The notes under the pieces: generated by a model | What the model was told of the DNA's origin: nothing | What the model saw: only the letters and a program-made list of their open reading frames with translations | The model's database searches: none | Source of the DNA: a virus | Lineage: Duplodnaviria > Caudoviricetes | DNA length: 60,229 nucleotides | Reading direction: 5' to 3' (one strand) | IMG/VR virus record: IMGVR_UViG_3300025101_000003 | Span: 1 to 60,229 of that record | Program-made: the position numbers and the translations under genes | Part shown: positions 52,601 through 60,229 of the stretch, piece after piece | Layout: each line of letters begins with the position of its first letter | How positions within the stretch are numbered: the stretch's first letter is position 1

Positions 52601-53873
52601 CCCCGAGACAGCGACACAGGCAGACGCACCTGAGCGTATAAGCACTTTTGAAGATACAGATTCCGTAGTCCGTTGGAACAGCATAGAAGCCGATATGGAC
52701 AATGCCGTTCCATTAGATCCAACATCGCCGCTGTACACAGACACGGCTGGACAGGCTGAAATTCTGTCGAGGCTAAGGACTGGTACGCCTCTTGATAATT
52801 TGCCTGAAGACCTAAAGGAAGCGGCTGATAGCCTTGGCCTAAGGATGGAGATGCCCGGAGATCGGTCGCAGCAGCTGCGAAGACTTAACGAGCAAGACAC
52901 ACCTACAGGATTCGAGCTATACGAGCTTGATGACGGAAGAGTTTTTGCCAAAGCACAAATCAACCTTGTGACGCCTAACGGAGCAAGGAGTCCAAAGAAG
53001 CTTACAGTCGGTGTCCCGGTTTACACTAAAGAAACTCGCCCTGTGGGATTAGGAAAGCAAGTGGTGTATGAAGTGAGCCCTCGTGGCGAGGCTCCTAGAC
53101 GCATGGTTCGTGACGGAGACAAGCTAGAGGCAGCTAGATACGAGGAAGCGTTTAAGGGCACCCCTTTCTCTCCTGACTTCATGGACACATCCGGAGGCAA
53201 AGTTAAAGGTCAGGCATCAACAACCGACAATATCAGGGCTGGTCAAAAGAAAAAGCGCAAGAAGGTTGTTGCCGAGAGCGACTCTGCAACTGGAGCCGGA
53301 AGTGACGAGACAGATATTAGTGACACACTTACATTGGAGGAACGTGCTGCTGCTCAAGACCCCGAGATGCTCGAAAGTCTCCGCACCGGCAAGGAGCCTG
53401 ATACGTCAAGCCCCGTCGTGGAAGTTGAAAGCAAGAAAAGAACATCATCCGACGAGTACTTGGATGAACAAAACAAGACTATTGCAAGGCAAGCAGGAGA
53501 ACAAGGCGAATCTATACCAGAGCATCGCCGAGACCGAGACTTTGACTACAGCGACCCTGATGAAGCTCCGCCTCGTCCACGAAAGGTAACAAGTGCGGAT
53601 CGAATAAGATCAGCCGCTAGGAAGGGACTTCTTCCTGCGGTTGGGGCTGGTATCGTTCTTGGTACCCAGACAGGTATGGCCCCAGAAGGAATGAGTGCAT
53701 ACAACGGAGAAGTCAGTCCCGAGGACATAAATACTGCACAGCAACTAGCCGCTCTTGGTGCTGGTGAAACAGACGCACTCTCTCGTGCGGAACGAATAAG
53801 ACGTTTACGCGGTGGTCGATCAGGTAAATTAGGCCCAGCAGCTTTTGGAACATATCAGAATATCTCTCCATAA
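49680..53873 (+). CDS. Large putative internal virion (ejection) protein, 1397 aa
   Basis: Size, position after the tail genes, no recognisable enzyme motif. Confidence 0.65.
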   Translation: MASPSAARKRRILNRLKDGTRQTKPGPNAPRPSRLRGMSQANRRSVLRMQLDKIADELSLPRDEIAQLFDAKDVLDFLEAYNPKEDIFARGMLRDDVVNFLREEMLNSRNQDYTSMKARLINAEKSAPQPTRPGQDLSADPDLAEEAIQGQIGEPAPEVAPELKQKPLGEGNVMGDPDLPPRSGESIGPSDKRSQARTASNEMLEGLRTNQETPPAGTRTIVRDPDNAITKPTGSILPEEIIRGEEQMLQGLLKQQDQGKIPLGERRYGPITGQEGSRVVEGPDGLGVLRGEEQVGGNLYSVDDGNMYIFQDENGALFRFDNPDADPVEISDLELRRMVYETGGKVEPQGQASLAELPLRAVGDPNSIEQLASQLPEFLDPTYKTLRLPDNINLQNLQQLIEQYDLLVEIDPDNALQIIARQFDGDADQANQAMRNASQVFDEITEARSRSRLLPRSEEAPITPQRRTPPSDAELQAANERLADNKQKKEDIEIILRNADTLIKADELNQLTDDMLIEFVESNRLSQIEFDESNPFSDLAYKLKNEGVSAGSIDTIRQVQLEAQPVLYELDKSIARDNLLFSGPDQPTDAEFLGNLSPGGRRFTPDNELIRIKQKTRFGGEETGFFTRAELEETLKALEVSDLPDAESTARDIRRQMGNVTTVSDQPNLPGDAAVPPRSTMPPILGNIKTSIREAFRSRQATPPPMFTRVLEDRSKTLRGMPTEADIADYNAAKAPLLEQNTPDAQRQLRELDQDFLSRFSRDADSLPPAQVAGEIQRRTLEGSGPATQEVLESELGLKDLSIYDQYQRINPFVDAPADLTPQESLARQAIQDQFGNDENSFSRAIEAIYVGNKNPELANQRLRVAGDIETAEARQQSVASKRPGLIMRLLGRSPEKVDRVSGKIGDKITGLKKEAADLNQPLLSVNDGLIERAAVSGGSGRGRARRAEAPIEGDSLPPFSKEEATKDIDYDPNPETATQADAPERISTFEDTDSVVRWNSIEADMDNAVPLDPTSPLYTDTAGQAEILSRLRTGTPLDNLPEDLKEAADSLGLRMEMPGDRSQQLRRLNEQDTPTGFELYELDDGRVFAKAQINLVTPNGARSPKKLTVGVPVYTKETRPVGLGKQVVYEVSPRGEAPRRMVRDGDKLEAARYEEAFKGTPFSPDFMDTSGGKVKGQASTTDNIRAGQKKKRKKVVAESDSATGAGSDETDISDTLTLEERAAAQDPEMLESLRTGKEPDTSSPVVEVESKKRTSSDEYLDEQNKTIARQAGEQGESIPEHRRDRDFDYSDPDEAPPRPRKVTSADRIRSAARKGLLPAVGAGIVLGTQTGMAPEGMSAYNGEVSPEDINTAQQLAALGAGETDALSRAERIRRLRGGRSGKLGPAAFGTYQNISP

Positions 53874-53886
53874 CTGAGGATAAGAA

Positions 53887-56355
53887 ATGGCAATCGGCAA
53901 GAAACAATCAACATCACGTTCTGATATAGCAAAGTTGCGCAAGGAGCGAGAAGAAAAGAAACGTCAAGAAAAAGATCGCAAGGATTACCAAGAGGAACAA
54001 GCTAAAAAGCCTAAGCCGAACATTGGAACAGAAGGCAAGAAGAAGCCTGAGCAGGACGCTCCTTTCATGAAAGGCATGAAGAGAAAGGGACCAGATGATT
54101 TAAGAAAGGACCTTAAGTCATCTGCTAAAGACGCTGAATCCAGAGGCGATGTCAGCCGCACTGCCAGTGAAACTGTTGGAGCAGCTAAGGATTTTGGTTC
54201 TAAGCTAATGACTTCAATCAAGGACATTGGCAAGGCTGCTACTGCACCAGACGAAAAGGTGCCTGTTGGTTCACAAGGAAAGCCAACTAATCCATTTGAT
54301 GAAGGCTACATGTCCGCTGATGACCAAGATACTATGACTGGAATTGGAGACATCGGCCAGTACTACTACAATCGATACAAAGACCCAGTACGAAGAGGAA
54401 TCGGAACAGCAAGCGACTTTATTCGTGGAGCACAGAAGAAAGCTCGCGAGGGCGCTCGCAGTGTTGCCGATTACATGTCTGATGACAGTATAGAAGCAAG
54501 GAAGCAAGAGGCAGCTAAGAACAGGTCGAACGACAGGGAGGTCGAGCGTGGTGAAGATCTTCAGAAAGAACTGTCGGAAGCCTATACCAATAAGAATATG
54601 CAGAAGGCTTACGACAGGTACTTAAAGAATCTCAAGAAACAGTATCCTAATGCAGAGAACATGTGGGATTATGAGAAAGGGTCGGAAGACTACGAGATTG
54701 GGTACCAAGAGTTTGTGCAGGACATGACAGGCATCTCGCCTAACGAAGACACATTCGCCTTGCAGTCACACGAAAGACACAACGCTGGTATTACTGGAGA
54801 GCAAGCCCTGCAAAATATTAAGGGCGAAGTACCAATGAGTATGCCGGGCGCAGTAAAGATTCCTAACGCTCAAAGAGATTTAACAAACGCAGAACGAATA
54901 CGAACGATCAAGGGTCAACGTGTTGCCGCAGGTAAAGATGAACTTGATGACGGAATGAAGCAATACTCCAGCGAGACTGGCGTCGATCTGCAAACAGGAC
55001 TTCCTGTTATCAAGGGCGACGTAATGGTCGGCGATGGTGCCGGAGGGTTTACACGTAACCGCAGAGCTCCAACGGACGAGCTAATGGACGTAGTGAATCA
55101 GCTGCCTCCAGGTGAGAAGGAATTGTACTTTGCTCAGCAAATGGGATTAAACCTAGAAGCGATACCTGAAAATCAGCGCATTGCTGCTGCTCGCAAGTTC
55201 TATGCCGCAAAAAACCCCGATGCAATGGGGGAAAACTTTGAGGCCGTTCCAGACCTCGACGCACTGGGTTACGACGACGACGGCAATATTATCCAAGGCT
55301 CTGCCCCAATGGTTTACAAGAGGAGCGAAAAGGGAAGGCAGCAGCTGGAAGACCGAAAGAACTATCAAAACTTCTTGCGTCAGACTAGAAGCCATAACGC
55401 AAGCAGCGCTTTTCAGAATAACGACGGTGGCGTGTTCACTAACAAGTATCGTCTTGAAGACGGTAGCTTTGACGCCGAAAGCTTTAACGCAGAAAACCCC
55501 GGCATACTTCCGGTAGACGAAGAAGGCAACCTTAATCCGAATGACCCTGGATACAATCAGAGGCTTCGCAGGGTAGAGGATGCCATTGATAGGGGCACTG
55601 CAGTTAAGCAGCAAACCATCAACCGTGGCTACATGCAGAACCTGCAAAGTCCAACCCTTCGTCCAATGATGATGAAGCAGAGCTTGGATCAGACAGACGA
55701 TCTTCGTGAGAAAGCAGAGATTGCTGTAGCCCACGGAAGGCCGGACCTGGCTGAAATGTACATACAGATGGACGCTGACGACACTGCGCTGTTAATGGAA
55801 CAGGAAAAGGCAAAGGCAGCACAAGAGTCTAAAGAGTTTGACCCTGAAGTACCCGGAGCTATTGCTGGTCTCCAGATAAAACAGATCCAAAGCGGTCAAC
55901 AAAACACTACTGGTTTAGCTACCGAGTTGGCAGCTACAGGAAACATGACCAAAGAACAAGCGTCCGATTACGCTGCTAAGCAGGGAGTGAGAGCTCTTAA
56001 GGACCGAATGCCTACCAAGATGATTTTAGCAGACCCTCAGGTCATGGCTTCACTCGACAGAATGTTGACTGGGCAATACGGGCTTAGTGATGAAGTTCCA
56101 GATGCCATGCGAGGCAAAAACTTCTACCACATGGCCGAGGAAATTCCTGTAATACGAGACAAGTTTATCCGTGACGCCATGATGACTTACGGATTTGCTG
56201 CGGGGTCTGAGGCTGACTTAGGGGAGTACTTCGATGTATTCCAGAAAGAAAGATACAACTACGCAAACTTCAAAGTACTTCCTACTTATAGTAATCGACA
56301 AGATCAAACCGAAGGCTCTGCTGTTGACCAACCTCCTGCTGGTGAGAACGCATAA
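53887..56355 (+). CDS. Putative internal virion (ejection) protein, 822 aa
   Basis: GAGG RBS; position. Confidence 0.65.
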   Translation: MAIGKKQSTSRSDIAKLRKEREEKKRQEKDRKDYQEEQAKKPKPNIGTEGKKKPEQDAPFMKGMKRKGPDDLRKDLKSSAKDAESRGDVSRTASETVGAAKDFGSKLMTSIKDIGKAATAPDEKVPVGSQGKPTNPFDEGYMSADDQDTMTGIGDIGQYYYNRYKDPVRRGIGTASDFIRGAQKKAREGARSVADYMSDDSIEARKQEAAKNRSNDREVERGEDLQKELSEAYTNKNMQKAYDRYLKNLKKQYPNAENMWDYEKGSEDYEIGYQEFVQDMTGISPNEDTFALQSHERHNAGITGEQALQNIKGEVPMSMPGAVKIPNAQRDLTNAERIRTIKGQRVAAGKDELDDGMKQYSSETGVDLQTGLPVIKGDVMVGDGAGGFTRNRRAPTDELMDVVNQLPPGEKELYFAQQMGLNLEAIPENQRIAAARKFYAAKNPDAMGENFEAVPDLDALGYDDDGNIIQGSAPMVYKRSEKGRQQLEDRKNYQNFLRQTRSHNASSAFQNNDGGVFTNKYRLEDGSFDAESFNAENPGILPVDEEGNLNPNDPGYNQRLRRVEDAIDRGTAVKQQTINRGYMQNLQSPTLRPMMMKQSLDQTDDLREKAEIAVAHGRPDLAEMYIQMDADDTALLMEQEKAKAAQESKEFDPEVPGAIAGLQIKQIQSGQQNTTGLATELAATGNMTKEQASDYAAKQGVRALKDRMPTKMILADPQVMASLDRMLTGQYGLSDEVPDAMRGKNFYHMAEEIPVIRDKFIRDAMMTYGFAAGSEADLGEYFDVFQKERYNYANFKVLPTYSNRQDQTEGSAVDQPPAGENA

Positions 56356-56364
56356 GGAGATGCC

Positions 56365-59300
56365 TTGCAACCTTCCAACCTGTATCAAAACAATCCGTAT
56401 CAAAGGCGTCTTGCCTCGCAGCAACCAGCCCAGACCGGGATTGGAACTCTTCTTGAGTCTCTGACCTACCCGCAGCGTCTTGCGTTCGGTGCCGCAATCG
56501 GTCGGCCCTTGGGGGAAACGGCTGAGATAAGCGATGTCTATAGAAGATATGGGATAACCAGCAATCCGGTTACTCGCACAGTTGGCGAGGTAGTATTAGA
56601 TCCAATTAACCTTATCGGCATTGGGCCACTTACTAGAGCGGGTAAGGTTCTTCAAAGGGCAGGTAAGCTAGATGACGCTGGTCGTTATCTGACTAGAGCT
56701 GCACAACTTGGCAAGGCTTCTCCTCAGGTTACACAGAGAGCAGCGAAAGGTGCCCAGAAACTTGGGAAGCGTCTTGAGGATTTATCAAGGGCAGAGATTG
56801 CCGGTATGCCAACGGTTCGACCTCGTGCTGCTAGACGCTTCGGTTCTATTGAGCAGGTGGCATCTGGCATGGATAACGCGGAGGATGCACAGAAGTTAAT
56901 ACAAAGCGTTGAGGGGAAAACCACAGGGCTATTCGGGCAAGCGCCCTTAAAGCAGCAACAGCTAACGAAAGACATTGGCATTGGCTTGCCATTCATGAGA
57001 CCAATAGTATCTATGGATGTTCCTGGCGGACGAATTGTTCGGGACGCTATGGACGCAGCTGTGCTTGGGGCTAAGACCAGTCGAGTCGGAAGGGGTGTGC
57101 GACAGGCTTTAGACAAGACTGTGGACAACGCCTTCGCGCTAGACGAACAGATCTTGTCGACGGGTGCTAAAACTCTTGCTAAAGAAGCCGAGCTGAAAGC
57201 TACTGCTGAAGGTATCGCAAGCATGACTAAGCTGCGGTCTCAGGTCCCTGAAGCATTTGAAACGACAGGCGCACGCGCTTTAACTAGGCTGATAGAGAAA
57301 CCAAAAGTAAACCCATTAGCCGCAGCTGACGAGGCGTTTGAAGCAGCCAACCCAGCCATCAAAGAATACATGGACTGGTGGTCTAAGAAGAGCGACGACT
57401 TACTTACTGAATCTGAATCGCTGGGCATTGGCTCTAAGAAACTCGTTGACGAGAACGTAGAGGGCTACCTTCCAAGGATAGCAAGAGACGTTACCGAAGA
57501 TCCTATCTCTCAGATACTGGGCGAATCACCAGCCCCACAAAGAACCCTTTCTCCATCAAGCCCCGATCAAATGGCACGGGCTGACTTTACAAAGATACCT
57601 GGAGGAAAAGACAGACTGGCTTATGAGCTTGCTAATCCAGAAACAGACATTGGCAAGAAGCTAGTAGGTGGAGCACGGTCAGCTGCAAATGACGATGAGG
57701 CTGCTGATGTTATCGGCCAAGCATTATACGGAAACCCAAAGGCAAAAAGGGAAGACACCAAAAGGCTTGCCACACTCCTGAGTAAGCTAGATCCGAAAAA
57801 GATGGGAGCTACAGGACTCTTCCAAGAGAACCCTACAACCGCGATAGCTCAATACACGAAGAACCGAACGAAGGCTATTGAGAACGCCAAGTCCATAGCG
57901 GATTACATGGGCAGCAAAGCGGTCAAGAGCACAGAAAGCCCTCAGACGTCTGTGACTGTCAGAGAAGCACTGAAAAGAGGTGGTCTGCAGAACGCAGAAA
58001 AAGGCGCTGAAGGGGCGATGGATATTGTTCGTGATGTCTTAGGCCGAAGGTTTAACATTGACCCGAAGAAGATTGATCTTACCGAGTTCTCTGTCCCGAT
58101 GTCTGCTGTAGAAGGTGTCACTAATCTTGTAAAACCAAAGACTGTTGAACAGCAAGGCAAGCTTTTCGAGCTGCTGAATTACGTCAGTCGAATCTGGCGC
58201 AACTCCATACTTTCCTTTCCTTCTCGCTATGCAAGAGATGTTGTCGGTGGTATTTACGCCAACTTCCTAGAAAGTGCTTCTAGTCGTTACGGGTATACAA
58301 CAGCTCACAGAATAATGCGTCACGGCATCGAGAAATCAGTAGCACTGATTAGAAAGATACCTGCTTATTCTGGAATAGAGGACAACTCTGCGCTGGTCAC
58401 TAAATTCTATAGTGACTTAGCAGGAACTGGACTGATGGAGTCAACCCTGAAGTATGACCTTGGCAGGGCTACAACAGGCGTCACCCTTCCAGGCTTAGAC
58501 AAAATCGCTCCGTCCTTGTCGCTTCGTGATGTTACAGTCGGCTTGCCTAAGAATATTGGCAAGATGGTTGGGGGTTCTTTTTTTCCAGACTCTGACTTCG
58601 CAAAGGGCGCTAATGCCCTTAATGATTACGTTGACACTTTCTCTCGCCTTGCTGGTTATACAGAGCTTATGAGACAAGGCTTTGATCCAGCCGAAGCAGC
58701 AAAGCGAATGCTTCGGACTCATGTTGATTACGCAAACCTGTCCGATGTAGAGAAACAAGTAAAGAAGCTGTACCCCTTCTATACATATACATCAAGGATA
58801 ACAGGTGAGACTGCTAGAAAGCTTGTCAGCGAGCCAAGAAGACTGGTCGGCTCAATGAAAGCATTTGAGGCAGCGCCAGAAATCTTCGAGAACCCGACAC
58901 TAACAGGAGATGTCGCAGAAACAGATTCGACGTACATACCGAAAAGCCGAAGAGAGAACTTTGCGGTACCACTTAGCTCTGGGCCTGAAGGACTTACTAC
59001 CTTCGGGAACATTGACCTTCCAGGGTTCCGAGAAATAAACAGAGCTTTTAGTGACGGTGGGCTCCTGTCAATGACTACGGATATAGGTCCGCTTCCGAAG
59101 GCAGCTATCGAGCAAATGACAGGACGAGACCTGTTTACTGGTGGTCCTATATCGAGAAAGAGGGGTCCTTTACAAAGGGTAACTGGATCAGATAACGAGC
59201 TGGTTAGATATGCGGATGCGATTGGGGAGCAGATGCCTCTGGTTCCGCGATTCGGAAGGCTTGCTGCTAACCTACTTCAGGACAGCGACACTGTTCCTCT

Positions 59301-59559
59301 TAGCACTCGTGCGTCAAACGCTGCGTTGAATGCCTTAACCGGCTTCAGGAGAGACACATACACTCCAGACGAATTAAATCGACAGCGGCAGTACGAAATG
59401 GAAGACGAGCTCCGGCCATACATGAGCACGTTTGAAAACCAATACGTTCCTGAAGATGTCTTTAATGCCATGTCTCCTGCACAACAAAGACAATACGAGC
59501 TTCTCAAGAAGCTTCGGTATGCCAACAAGAAGGCAAGAGAAAGGCGGAGTGGAGGATGA
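56365..59559 (+). CDS. Large DNA-transfer/ejection protein with LPD38-like C-terminus
   Basis: AA......VDY.NLS..E......PFYTY and EQMTGRDLFTG.PI patterns; TTG start after AAGGAG. Confidence 0.65.
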   Translation: MQPSNLYQNNPYQRRLASQQPAQTGIGTLLESLTYPQRLAFGAAIGRPLGETAEISDVYRRYGITSNPVTRTVGEVVLDPINLIGIGPLTRAGKVLQRAGKLDDAGRYLTRAAQLGKASPQVTQRAAKGAQKLGKRLEDLSRAEIAGMPTVRPRAARRFGSIEQVASGMDNAEDAQKLIQSVEGKTTGLFGQAPLKQQQLTKDIGIGLPFMRPIVSMDVPGGRIVRDAMDAAVLGAKTSRVGRGVRQALDKTVDNAFALDEQILSTGAKTLAKEAELKATAEGIASMTKLRSQVPEAFETTGARALTRLIEKPKVNPLAAADEAFEAANPAIKEYMDWWSKKSDDLLTESESLGIGSKKLVDENVEGYLPRIARDVTEDPISQILGESPAPQRTLSPSSPDQMARADFTKIPGGKDRLAYELANPETDIGKKLVGGARSAANDDEAADVIGQALYGNPKAKREDTKRLATLLSKLDPKKMGATGLFQENPTTAIAQYTKNRTKAIENAKSIADYMGSKAVKSTESPQTSVTVREALKRGGLQNAEKGAEGAMDIVRDVLGRRFNIDPKKIDLTEFSVPMSAVEGVTNLVKPKTVEQQGKLFELLNYVSRIWRNSILSFPSRYARDVVGGIYANFLESASSRYGYTTAHRIMRHGIEKSVALIRKIPAYSGIEDNSALVTKFYSDLAGTGLMESTLKYDLGRATTGVTLPGLDKIAPSLSLRDVTVGLPKNIGKMVGGSFFPDSDFAKGANALNDYVDTFSRLAGYTELMRQGFDPAEAAKRMLRTHVDYANLSDVEKQVKKLYPFYTYTSRITGETARKLVSEPRRLVGSMKAFEAAPEIFENPTLTGDVAETDSTYIPKSRRENFAVPLSSGPEGLTTFGNIDLPGFREINRAFSDGGLLSMTTDIGPLPKAAIEQMTGRDLFTGGPISRKRGPLQRVTGSDNELVRYADAIGEQMPLVPRFGRLAANLLQDSDTVPLSTRASNAALNALTGFRRDTYTPDELNRQRQYEMEDELRPYMSTFENQYVPEDVFNAMSPAQQRQYELLKKLRYANKKARERRSGG

Positions 59560-60080
59560 CATTAGGACCATGCTTCTGGCCTTGCATTAGAACTTTTGTG
59601 CGAACACTGTTCTACCAGCTATTCCTCACGTTCACGATTGCGGCCATCACCTTCATTGTAATGCCTGAGCAAGTTGGCTTTCGGTCCATGACTCTGTACA
59701 TGAGCTACATAAACCACTTTCACCAAGTGGAGTTTGAGAGAGCATTGCCGTTACTTAAAGGCATGGGGCAGTGGCGGATCTGGATAATGAACAGAAGCCC
59801 AAAAAACTTCAGGGTTATTGAAGATGCGATAGCTGCCGAGGAATGGTATTGGTGCAAGTTTGAGTACGAAAACAGTCAAGGAAACTTGGTAACAGACATA
59901 CAGAGCTTAAGGATCAGGTGGAAAACTTGGGAGTATTACTACGAATTAGAGCCACCGATGAGCGAAGAGGACATGGTTGAATATCTTAATGATGGCTCTC
60001 TTAATAGCCAAGAAACAGATAGAGCTTTTAAGCTAATGCGTGAATTGAAACAAATGCAACAATCGAGGACTGAAATATAA
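59556..60080 (+). CDS. Membrane-anchored hypothetical protein
   Basis: N-terminal TM LFYQLFLTFTIAAITFIVM; GGAGG RBS. Confidence 0.65.
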   Translation: MTLGPCFWPCIRTFVRTLFYQLFLTFTIAAITFIVMPEQVGFRSMTLYMSYINHFHQVEFERALPLLKGMGQWRIWIMNRSPKNFRVIEDAIAAEEWYWCKFEYENSQGNLVTDIQSLRIRWKTWEYYYELEPPMSEEDMVEYLNDGSLNSQETDRAFKLMRELKQMQQSRTEI

Positions 60081-60130
60081 TGGGAATGCTTGATGCGGGT
60101 AGAAAACTGTTGGGTGGATTAATTCATGCA

Positions 60131-60229
60131 CCAGGGTCTGTTCTTGTAGACGGTCCAAGTCATGCAATGGGAGGCCACTCAAAACCAACTCATGGTTCAC
60201 ATGGTTCTCACGATAAGCATGACAGTCAT
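60131..60229. repeat. Terminal 99-bp direct repeat, copy 2
   Basis: Identical to 1-99. Confidence 0.97.

Noticed and set aside
220-59571. Many short antisense or nested ORFs in the track (e.g. 17138-17668, 40800-41279, 55153-55734)
   Set aside because: They lie opposite or within well-supported genes and lack an RBS or motifs; treated as shadow ORFs.
1-60229. Alternative genetic code
   Set aside because: Genes are full length and densely packed under the standard code, using all three stop codons.

Overview
This window looks like a complete, circularly permuted tailed dsDNA phage genome of about 60.1 kb. Bases 1-99 recur at 60131-60229, and one ORF reads across that junction. The gene set is podovirus-like: portal, adaptor, nozzle, fibres and large ejection proteins, with no tail tube or tape measure. 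A Planctomycetota host is inferred only from recalled protein motifs. Four blocks are visible. (1) 0.8-8 kb (+): recombination/replication genes (ExoVIII-like nuclease, ERF, SF2 helicase, nucleases, SSB), with no recognisable polymerase or primase, plus a highly structured ~220-nt non-coding gap. (2) 8-12.5 kb (+): small basic proteins, a membrane/secreted cluster around a papain-like protease, and a sigma-70-family factor. (3) 12.5-22.9 kb (-): an early/accessory region with a serine recombinase, a class II glutamine amidotransferase, two tandem amidoligases, a GGCT-like protein and many small ORFs. This block carries six copies of a non-canonical element: a small palindrome, then TCGGCTCT, exactly 7 nt, then a stem-loop. 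(4) 23.2-60.2 kb (+): head, packaging, tail and ejection genes. The most notable items are the six-copy element, the structured RNA candidate, a candidate late promoter motif, the protease cluster in a genome with no recognisable endolysin, shared terminal peptide motifs, and an apparently split nozzle gene. All family calls were made by eye from motifs; no searches were run.
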